From a virus (taxonomy: Duplodnaviria > Heunggongvirae > Uroviricota > Caudoviricetes), in IMG/VR virus record IMGVR_UViG_2778261591_000027, positions 1 through 5,237 of that record: DNA of 5,237 bases. One strand, given 5' to 3'. The position numbers and the translations under genes are program-made. The notes under the pieces were generated by a model. That model was not told the DNA's origin, made no database searches, and saw only the letters and a program-made list of their open reading frames with translations. Position 1 is the first letter of the stretch; each line of letters begins with the position of its first letter. Positions 1 to 5,237 of this stretch are shown one piece after another.

Positions 1-1305
1 CTATGCTTGTTTAATTACATCCGATCCCACAGCGTGGGGCATGGATGGGGCAAACTCACTCAATTTCTGGTTTAAAATGGATACCTGATCCTGATTGTTT
101 TCTGCCATCCACGATCCGTAAACGCGATAAACCATCTGAGCATCAGAGTGTCCCATTTGCTTCGCGATGAAGTTAGGGTTAGCTCCAGCGGTCAAAGACC
201 AACATGCATAAGTGTGCCTGGACTGATATGCTTTGCGGTAGCGAATCCCGGCGCGTCGCATTGCAGTTTCCCATGACTGATTAATCGACCCAACTGCATA
301 ATGGTGCCCGGCAAGGCCATTACGCGTAACGATTTGCGGATTGAAAACAAAAGTGCACGGATGCATTTCAGTTCGACCATACTCACGAAGTTTCACTTCA
401 ACCTGATACTGCTTACCAAGCCGTGTCATTTCAGCCTGATTCTTAAGCACGTCTATTGCAGGTTGAATAAGGTTGATAACACGGTTTGTTCCCGCTTCGG
501 TTTTTGGAAGAGTGAACTCTTTCGTTAATGTGTGGTTTCTTCTGATCGTCATTGTCCCAGCCTTCAGGTCTATATCTTCCCATGCCAGAGAAACCAACTC
601 TCCGTGGCGAACTCCCGTATAAACAGCCAGTGACCACATATTTTTTAATTGCTGATGCTTAAATGCGTTAATCAACCTGACAAATTCATCACGGGTTAAC
701 GGATCAGGTTCCGTTCGTGATCTCTTCAGTTGCGAAATGGCTGCGAACGGATTTTCTTTGATGTATCCGCTGTCGGCTGCGAACTGAAACATCCCCGCCA
801 TGGTGTTCATGTAGTTATTAACAGTTGGCACGGAACGTCCCTTAATGGGTGTTTTTTGCCCACGTTTCAGAACGTGATATCCGGTCAGCAAATCCTTTCG
901 TATGAACAGTAGCTCTTCCTGAGTCACAGCAGATGCAAGTCTGTTGCCTCCGATTCGGGGAACCATATTTCTTACAATGGAGCTGTAACGCCCCATCGCA
1001 TTGGTACTGATTTCCAGCTTTTTCAGATCCAGCCATTTCTCAGCCAGGTCTGCGACGGTAATTTCCTTACTTTCCGCACCAAATTTTCTCAGGTTGGGAG
1101 AGTCCGGAAACTGAGCGGCATAGTCGAAATTACCCGTCTTAATGGAAAAACAAACAGATGCTCGTAGCTCGCCAGCTATTTTCCTGTTTTTTGGTGTATC
1201 CGGCACACCGAGACTTTCCCGCACTCGTGTGCCTTTATACATGAACCATATGCGGAGTGATCCGCCATGGTTCTCAACGCCTGTTGGGTATGCTGTCTTA
1301 GCCAT
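1..1305 (-). CDS. int: Tyrosine-type site-specific integrase, 434 aa, lambda/Rac IntR-like with N-terminal arm-binding domain
   Basis: Complete ORF: ATG at 1303-1305 preceded by AGGAGGG (complement of 1310-1316); TAG stop at 1-3. N-terminus (GSLRIWFMYKGTRVRESLG) resembles arm-type DNA-binding domains of IntR-like integrases, from memory. C-terminus carries tyrosine-recombinase motifs (VRHGEL box I Arg; SRHTYACW; GHSDAQMVYRVY with the likely catalytic Tyr). Confidence 0.9.
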   Translation of the reverse strand: MAKTAYPTGVENHGGSLRIWFMYKGTRVRESLGVPDTPKNRKIAGELRASVCFSIKTGNFDYAAQFPDSPNLRKFGAESKEITVADLAEKWLDLKKLEISTNAMGRYSSIVRNMVPRIGGNRLASAVTQEELLFIRKDLLTGYHVLKRGQKTPIKGRSVPTVNNYMNTMAGMFQFAADSGYIKENPFAAISQLKRSRTEPDPLTRDEFVRLINAFKHQQLKNMWSLAVYTGVRHGELVSLAWEDIDLKAGTMTIRRNHTLTKEFTLPKTEAGTNRVINLIQPAIDVLKNQAEMTRLGKQYQVEVKLREYGRTEMHPCTFVFNPQIVTRNGLAGHHYAVGSINQSWETAMRRAGIRYRKAYQSRHTYACWSLTAGANPNFIAKQMGHSDAQMVYRVYGSWMAENNQDQVSILNQKLSEFAPSMPHAVGSDVIKQA

Positions 1306-1309
1306 TGTT

Positions 1310-1316
1310 CCCTCCT
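1310..1316 (-). promoter_or_regulatory. Shine-Dalgarno sequence (AGGAGGG) for int
   Basis: Plus-strand ccctcct at 1310-1316 is AGGAGGG on the minus strand, 4 nt upstream of the int ATG. Confidence 0.6.
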
Positions 1317-1350
1317 GACGCCCAAGAGCGCATTAAGCATAAACGGTTCT

Positions 1351-1596
1351 TCATCGACGCGCACCAGGCTGTTTTTTTGACATACTCTCAACCCACTGGT
1401 CGATAGCCTTGCGGTTATACATGCATTCGCTGTTTTCTTTTGGAATACCGTCCGGTGCAACATGGAGATATTCACGACCAACAAGCCAGGATTGTTTACG
1501 TGCTCTCTCTATGGTTCCTGGGCGTAAACCTGTAATTTCGATCAGTTTTTGCTCTGTCACCCAGTCGTTGGGCACAATTAAGTTAACTTCGCTCAT
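1351..1596 (-). CDS. xis: Excisionase (putative, small helix-turn-helix-like protein), 81 aa
   Basis: Small ORF immediately upstream of int on the same strand. ATG at 1594-1596 is preceded by GGAG with about 8 nt spacing. The in-frame upstream ATG at 1633-1635 has a poorly spaced ribosome-binding site, so the shorter start is preferred. Residues LIEITGLRPGTIERARK look like a DNA-binding helix-turn-helix, and size and position are typical for prophage Xis. Confidence 0.7.
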   Translation of the reverse strand: MSEVNLIVPNDWVTEQKLIEITGLRPGTIERARKQSWLVGREYLHVAPDGIPKENSECMYNRKAIDQWVESMSKKQPGARR

Positions 1597-1621
1597 TGTT
1601 TTCTCCGGTGCTGGAATGAAA

Positions 1622-1628
1622 GGGGGGG
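1622..1628. repeat. G7/C7 homopolymer tract in the intergenic region upstream of xis
   Basis: Seven consecutive G on the plus strand (C7 on the coding strand), 26 nt upstream of the preferred xis start, within the 73-nt gap between the 114-aa gene stop and xis. Confidence 0.5.
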
Positions 1629-1669
1629 TTAACATGCCTCATTGGGGTTGAGGCTGTGTGATTCCATGG

Positions 1670-2014
1670 TTAGTCCTTGCGTAGTTCGCTAATTCTTCTG
1701 TAAGTCTCTGGTGCTTTGTTCCCGTACGTCTTCATTTCAGACTTCAACAGAGCAACGAGTGAATCCCATTCGTTGAGGATTCCTTTGAATGCCGGAACGC
1801 GCTTTGCAACCTTGTCGAATGAATCCCTGATTTCTGGAATCTGCTCAACAAGTGCAACGCATCGCCGAAAGTCTGCTGCGTCATGGGGAGCGCCGAAGTG
1901 ATGACCATAGATATTCTTTTTCAGGCCACATGCGATTGAGGCAAGAGTTGCGCTACTGATGCCGACATCGCCAGTCGATTGCCATTTCAAAACCTTCATA
2001 GCCAAATCTGACAT
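1670..2014 (-). CDS. Hypothetical protein, 114 aa, function unknown
   Basis: ORF with ATG at 2012-2014 preceded by GGAGA (complement of 2022-2026) at 6-7 nt spacing; TAA stop at 1670-1672. No motif recognised by eye. Confidence 0.65.
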   Translation of the reverse strand: MSDLAMKVLKWQSTGDVGISSATLASIACGLKKNIYGHHFGAPHDAADFRRCVALVEQIPEIRDSFDKVAKRVPAFKGILNEWDSLVALLKSEMKTYGNKAPETYRRISELRKD

Positions 2015-2026
2015 TTCTTGTCTCCA

Positions 2027-2051
2027 TAAAACAAAACCCGCCGTAGCGAGT
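2027..2051 (-). terminator. Possible weak intrinsic terminator or attenuator hairpin between the ASCH gene and the 114-aa gene
   Basis: Minus-strand RNA 5'-CUCGC-UACG-GCGGG-UUUUGUUUU-3': a 5-bp stem (4 Watson-Crick pairs plus one G-U) closed by a UNCG-type tetraloop, followed directly by a U-rich tract. The stem is short and the U tract runs into the downstream ribosome-binding site, so this is tentative. Confidence 0.25.
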
Positions 2052-2086
2052 TCAGATAAAAGAAATCCCCGCGAGTTCGAGGATTG

Positions 2087-2371
2087 TTATTCATTGCCGA
2101 TATTCACCTTTATCGCGAACACCTTTACCGGTTTATCGCCGAAGTGCGGATGTGTGATTGTCTTGATTTCATATCCGTCATACGGAACATCAATTCTACG
2201 GCTGGAATCGTCGCGCTTCGGATATCCCTTTGTGATAATCAGGCGGTCATATTCCCGGAACATGATTCGCTTATTCCAGTAGCCATTACACAGGCGATAC
2301 TCTTCCGTTTTCTCTCCGCGAATCATGGCATCGAAAAATTCACCTTTAACGGCAAGTTGCAGGTTAGCCAC
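2087..2371 (-). CDS. ASCH (ASC-1 homology, PUA-like) domain protein, 94 aa
   Basis: GTG start at 2369-2371 preceded by a perfect AGGAGG (complement of 2378-2383) at 6 nt spacing; stop at 2087-2089. Contains RGEKTEEYR, matching the ASCH signature GxKxxExR, within a roughly 90-aa beta-rich small protein. Confidence 0.75.
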   Translation of the reverse strand: MANLQLAVKGEFFDAMIRGEKTEEYRLCNGYWNKRIMFREYDRLIITKGYPKRDDSSRRIDVPYDGYEIKTITHPHFGDKPVKVFAIKVNIGNE

Positions 2372-3038
2372 GGTTAACCTCCTGCGGCGGTTCTGGTAGA
2401 GGCATCCAGAACAAGGCGTTCCCTAACCACGATAAAGTGCCGTCGCTCAACTCCACGTATTCCCCTTGTACCTGTCCTGCCATATACTCGCCGTGCTTTG
2501 AATAAATTAAAATCCAATCATCTTGAGGGGGCATTCGCTCACTACAGCTTATCCAACCATCCGGAGTTACCGGAGAGTTGCCTGCCAGTCTACGCAAAAC
2601 AGCCTTAACAGCCTCAATACGGTCATCATCGCAATTTTCCAGCGTATCTATGCGGTCGAGCATGATGATGGCGTTATCAATATCAGGATTGCCGGTCCAC
2701 TCATTACCGCGATTGGATTCGGCAGCCTGGTTGCGCATAATCTCAGGCGTAAGCTCTTTGTAAGCATAAGCAAGAGGCTCTGATGCATTATCCGGCACAA
2801 CCGACGCAGGCGCGGCAGCATAAACAGGAATAACGTCCGCTTGCTCTTTATTGCTTTCATCCGTTAAAGCCCAGAATAATTTCCCGGCAGGATGTTTGAA
2901 AATATAAGCAACTGGATCTGCTTCCAGCGATGCCAGTGCAATTTCATAAGCCCGGCGTTCAATATTGTCTCGAACGTCCAGGCTGCTGATACGCTCTTTG
3001 ATTTCTTTAATCAGTTCTTTGTCGGTGAAAGTGGTCAT
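2364..3038 (-). CDS. Phage protein with C-terminal DUF551-like domain, 224 aa, acidic N-terminal region
   Basis: ATG at 3036-3038 preceded by AAGGAGAG (complement of 3043-3050); TAA at 2364-2366 overlaps the ASCH start by 8 nt. The C-terminal segment WISCSERMPPQDDWILIY...LFWMPLPEPP resembles the DUF551 family common in enterobacterial prophage early regions, from memory. Confidence 0.75.
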   Translation of the reverse strand: MTTFTDKELIKEIKERISSLDVRDNIERRAYEIALASLEADPVAYIFKHPAGKLFWALTDESNKEQADVIPVYAAAPASVVPDNASEPLAYAYKELTPEIMRNQAAESNRGNEWTGNPDIDNAIIMLDRIDTLENCDDDRIEAVKAVLRRLAGNSPVTPDGWISCSERMPPQDDWILIYSKHGEYMAGQVQGEYVELSDGTLSWLGNALFWMPLPEPPQEVNRG

Positions 3039-3039
3039 A

Positions 3040-3231
3040 TCACTCTCCTTTAGTGCGAAAGTGGTTTTTCCAGCGGTTTTGTGCTGCGCTTCTGTTTCGC
3101 CAGACACCGTAAAAACGAATAGAGGAACACCCCCTAAAACCCAGATATCTATAGTAAATAACAAGCCGATTTGAGATACGGATACGCTGCCCGGGCTTTG
3201 CTATCAGCATCTTTGCCTTACGATTTTTCAT
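3040..3231 (-). CDS. Small, very basic hypothetical protein, 63 aa (N-terminus MKNRKAK)
   Basis: ATG at 3229-3231 overlaps the TGA of the preceding small ORF (ATGA). Its own TGA at 3040-3042 lies 1 nt before the DUF551 ATG. The 3' end overlaps the DUF551 ribosome-binding site. Composition is extremely Arg/Lys-rich, so coding status is uncertain. Confidence 0.35.
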   Translation of the reverse strand: MKNRKAKMLIAKPGQRIRISNRLVIYYRYLGFRGCSSIRFYGVWRNRSAAQNRWKNHFRTKGE

Positions 3232-3233
3232 CG
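3211..3233. repeat. Copy B of a 23-bp imperfect direct repeat (20 of 23 identical) covering the start of the 63-aa ORF
   Basis: Plus-strand ctttgccttacgatttttcatcg versus ttttgctttacggtttttcatcg at 3384-3406. On the coding strand both read ATGAAAAAYCGTAARGCAAAR. Confidence 0.7.
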
Positions 3234-3404
3234 CACTGCGTACCCCTTCTCTCGTCTGTTCCGCGACGCGGTGGGTTTATAGTTAAATGCGAATACCACC
3301 CTACCATACATGCCGATCACCGCCCGTTTGTGATTGCTGATTGGTAGCTTCTCGTACCCCGTCGAACGCGATAAAAGAAGTAATTTTGCTTTACGGTTTT
3401 TCAT
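3228..3404 (-). CDS. Small basic hypothetical protein, 58 aa (N-terminus MKNRKAK)
   Basis: ATG at 3402-3404 preceded by GGGAGA (complement of 3413-3418) at 8 nt spacing. The start lies inside the last codons of the upstream 292-aa gene (14-nt overlap); TGA at 3228-3230. Confidence 0.4.
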   Translation of the reverse strand: MKNRKAKLLLLSRSTGYEKLPISNHKRAVIGMYGRVVFAFNYKPTASRNRREKGYAVR

Positions 3405-3406
3405 CG
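3384..3406. repeat. Copy A of the 23-bp imperfect direct repeat covering the start of the 58-aa ORF
   Basis: See copy B. The two copies are 173 bp apart and flanking sequence is unrelated. Confidence 0.7.
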
Positions 3407-4269
3407 TTTTGTTCTCCCGCGTCTCCTTTGATGCGAATGCCTGCGGCGCGCGGCACATTAACTTCCACGATGCGCACTGTTGGTTTGTACATCTCAATCG
3501 CTGTCAGCCAGTCAGCTCCTGTCATGCGCTTTTCCGCATCGCCATTAGTCCACTGAACCGGTACACCAATAGCCTTCATCGCGATTTCTATTTCCCCGGC
3601 GATGGCGCTTTTTCCGCAACCAGTAAAACCAGAAACAACGACAAGAACTTCACCTTTGGCTGGTTTTATTTCCCGTGCTTCCAGTTCTGCTATGCGCTTT
3701 TCTGATGCTTCAAGTAACGCCTGCTTATCGCGTAGCGCTTCTTCCAGTTCAGCAACATGGCATTCACTATCAATGAGGTTATTCTCTGCGGCTTCAAGCT
3801 TCTCGCGCATATCGTCAACGTACTCGACCAGAGAACCGCCAGCAGGAATTTCGCACTCCTCGACCAGTTGGAAGTAGATATCAGCTGCGGCCCGTGTGTT
3901 GCTATGCCTAGCGTCGCCCATCTCACCTTCACGAAGAGCATCGCGTTCGGCGGTAAGATTGGCTATCTTGCTGTCTTTGCCTTCCAGTTCAACGCGCAGC
4001 TTCCCTACCGTTAGCGCAATATCCTCGTTCTCCTGGTCGCGGGATTTGATGTATTGCTGGTTCCTTTCCCGTTCATCCAGCAGCGCCAGCACGGTTTCTG
4101 GTCCGGTCAGAAATTTGAAGGCGTTGAGCGCATCAATATCCACACCGTAATCTTTAAGTTCCTGTTCACTTAACAAATCATCATCAGCTGGCAACATTAA
4201 CAGGCGTTCCATTGCTGGAATTGCACGTTCCGCCGCCTCACGCAGTGCCTGGTAATTAATTTCGCTCAC
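3391..4269 (-). CDS. Coiled-coil phage protein, 292 aa, possibly ead/Ea22-like, with a C-terminal Walker A-like motif
   Basis: GTG start at 4267-4269 preceded by AAGGAGG (complement of 4276-4282) at 6 nt spacing and overlapping the upstream TGA (GTGA); TAA at 3391-3393. The N-terminal two thirds are heptad-like and E/R/L/A-rich. The motif GFTGCGKS (GxxGxGKS) follows a hydrophobic strand (EVLVVVS) at nt 3607-3630. The Ea22-like assignment is from memory and tentative. Confidence 0.7.
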   Translation of the reverse strand: MSEINYQALREAAERAIPAMERLLMLPADDDLLSEQELKDYGVDIDALNAFKFLTGPETVLALLDERERNQQYIKSRDQENEDIALTVGKLRVELEGKDSKIANLTAERDALREGEMGDARHSNTRAAADIYFQLVEECEIPAGGSLVEYVDDMREKLEAAENNLIDSECHVAELEEALRDKQALLEASEKRIAELEAREIKPAKGEVLVVVSGFTGCGKSAIAGEIEIAMKAIGVPVQWTNGDAEKRMTGADWLTAIEMYKPTVRIVEVNVPRAAGIRIKGDAGEQNDEKP

Positions 4270-4772
4270 TGGTTGCCTCCTTTGCGAAGCTGTTCCGCAC
4301 AATGCAGCAGGGCGTCCGTCGCTTCTTTCACCGTAACGATGTCGCCATCGTCCAGCCCGGCAACCGTCGCGTCCTTAACGAACACCGAGCAAAGGTCATT
4401 AAACGCCTGCGCCCGCACTTCAGCCAGGAAAGCGTCGGTGGCTGGGGTTTCGCTATGGTGTAGGGCATCGTTGATAATCATTGCAGCAACACCAGCCTGC
4501 CCTGCATCCGTGACCGACACATGCTCAAGAGTTACGGCCATTGCGTGTTTCAGCCCCGCATTCTCAGCGGCCAGCGCAGCGCACTTGGCTTCAATGTTGT
4601 CAATCGTGAGCCCGGCAGAACGACACTCACGCAACGACGTTTCAATTTTTGATTCAAGTTCACCGAACTTACGCACCAGATATTCAGCGTTTGTTTCGTT
4701 AACCTTTAAATCTCGTGGGAAGCATTTACCTTTCAGAAAACCATCCATCTCAATTAGTGACATTTGTTTCAT
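4266..4772 (-). CDS. Hypothetical protein, 168 aa (174 aa if the in-frame GTG at 4788-4790 is used)
   Basis: ATG at 4770-4772 overlaps the TGA of the upstream 54-aa ORF (ATGA) and has GGAG about 9 nt upstream. The stop at 4266-4268 overlaps the GTG start of the 292-aa gene. Alanine-rich with amphipathic segments; no motif recognised. Confidence 0.65.
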   Translation of the reverse strand: MKQMSLIEMDGFLKGKCFPRDLKVNETNAEYLVRKFGELESKIETSLRECRSAGLTIDNIEAKCAALAAENAGLKHAMAVTLEHVSVTDAGQAGVAAMIINDALHHSETPATDAFLAEVRAQAFNDLCSVFVKDATVAGLDDGDIVTVKEATDALLHCAEQLRKGGNQ

Positions 4773-4933
4773 TTCTTCCCACTCCGCCACATCGCATTCA
4801 GATATTTGTTTTGATTTACTGATGGAAAAGAATTTCTCTTAAGCAATTCCTCTCTCGATGGCATTGGCTTTACGCGTTGGCGAATAATCATTTCTGCCGG
4901 AAGAATGCCGGGATTGTATGCAAGTCCTCTCAT
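4769..4933 (-). CDS. Small hypothetical protein, 54 aa
   Basis: ATG at 4931-4933 preceded by GAGG (complement of 4942-4945), which sits just after the upstream TGA; the stop overlaps the next start. The longer six-frame ORF (to 5083) has no ribosome-binding site and overlaps the 97-aa gene, so it is rejected. Confidence 0.45.
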   Translation of the reverse strand: MRGLAYNPGILPAEMIIRQRVKPMPSREELLKRNSFPSVNQNKYLNAMWRSGKK

Positions 4934-4943
4934 GGTAAATTCC

Positions 4944-5237
4944 TCAGTCATTACTGATAGCGCCATAGCGTGAGCGGTAATTACGCAGGCGCGGGTCAAT
5001 TTCAGGGAAGTGGGTATATGTGGCTTTGCGGAATGGTCGGATTGATGTCTGGTAAATTCGCTCGCGTTCTTCTTTCTCTGCAAGCCATATGCAATGGCGA
5101 AATTCCTTTTCCTCTTTCGTTTCCTGCGGTAGCGACATTATCAGGTCGTAGTTTTTTCTGAATTTATCCAGCACCTCCGATACGGAATTGCCGGAACAGC
5201 GGCGCACGTCATCCGCACCATACAAAGGCGCTGGCAT
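4944..5237 (-). CDS. Hypothetical protein, 97 aa, with the start codon at the window edge
   Basis: ORF begins with ATG at 5235-5237, the last three bases of the window, and ends with TGA at 4944-4946. Upstream signals cannot be assessed, and the true start could lie further upstream outside the window. Confidence 0.55.
   Translation of the reverse strand: MPAPLYGADDVRRCSGNSVSEVLDKFRKNYDLIMSLPQETKEEKEFRHCIWLAEKEERERIYQTSIRPFRKATYTHFPEIDPRLRNYRSRYGAISND

Noticed and set aside
301-528. Plus-strand 75-aa ORF and other short ORFs of either strand inside the integrase gene (192-386, 443-637, 730-912, 842-1036)
   Set aside because: All are embedded within or antisense to the integrase coding sequence, which has strong recombinase motifs; none has a credible start context.
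1376-1381. Perfect TTGACA hexamer on the plus strand inside xis
   Set aside because: No acceptable -10 element at 16-18 bp spacing and no plus-strand gene downstream; most likely a chance match.
3038-3164. Upstream extension of the DUF551 ORF, reported in the six-frame track as starting at 3164 with a hydrophobic N-terminus
   Set aside because: The codon at 3162-3164 is TTG with no ribosome-binding site, whereas the internal ATG at 3036-3038 has a near-perfect AAGGAGAG. The hydrophobic extension is most likely an open frame by chance.
3404-3497. Longer version of the 58-aa ORF (89 aa, from 3497)
   Set aside because: The extension lies within the 292-aa gene in another frame; the internal ATG at 3402-3404 has a proper GGGAGA site and coincides with the conserved MKNRKAK start.
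3602-3877. Plus-strand ORF of 91 aa (with further plus-strand ORFs at 3757-4014 and 3896-4150)
   Set aside because: All are antisense to the 292-aa coiled-coil gene, Ser-rich and without start signals.
4269-4302. Upstream extension of the coiled-coil ORF to 4302 (303 aa)
   Set aside because: The extension starts at TTG inside the upstream gene. The GTG at 4267-4269 has an AAGGAGG site at ideal spacing and overlaps the upstream stop.
4273-4842. Plus-strand ORF of 189 aa
   Set aside because: Ser/Ala-rich low-complexity product, no ribosome-binding site, and entirely antisense to two well-supported minus-strand genes; typical antisense artefact.
4933-5083. Longer version of the 54-aa ORF (104 aa, from 5083)
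   Set aside because: The extension overlaps the 97-aa gene in another frame and has no ribosome-binding site; the internal ATG at 4931-4933 does.
1-5237. CRISPR array, tRNA, rRNA, insertion sequence or known defence-system enzyme
   Set aside because: No spaced repeat array, no inverted terminal repeats flanking a transposase-like ORF, no cloverleaf-like structured segment, and no ORF large enough for a helicase, nuclease or methyltransferase domain.

Overview
The window reads as the integrase-proximal (left) end of a lambdoid prophage from an enteric bacterium. Every credible gene is on the minus strand, forming one tightly packed leftward operon that ends in excisionase and a tyrosine integrase (Rac/IntR-like architecture, recognised from memory). 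The integrase stop codon sits at positions 1-3 and the last ORF begins with ATG exactly at 5235-5237, so the attachment site and the upstream promoter lie outside the window. Between xis and the right edge lie nine small to medium ORFs: an ASCH (PUA-like) domain protein, a DUF551 protein, a coiled-coil protein that may be ead/Ea22-like, and several with no recognisable function. Most are joined by overlapping or abutting start and stop codons (ATGA, GTGA). I see no rRNA, tRNA, CRISPR array, IS element or large enzyme typical of known defence systems. The most unusual signals are two tandem small basic ORFs that share the first seven codons (differing only at three synonymous third positions), and a Walker A-like motif near the C-terminus of the coiled-coil protein. 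Domain assignments are from motif recognition only; no database search was run. No defined novel system can be demonstrated from sequence alone; the block of unknowns at 3040-5237 is the best candidate for undescribed accessory functions.
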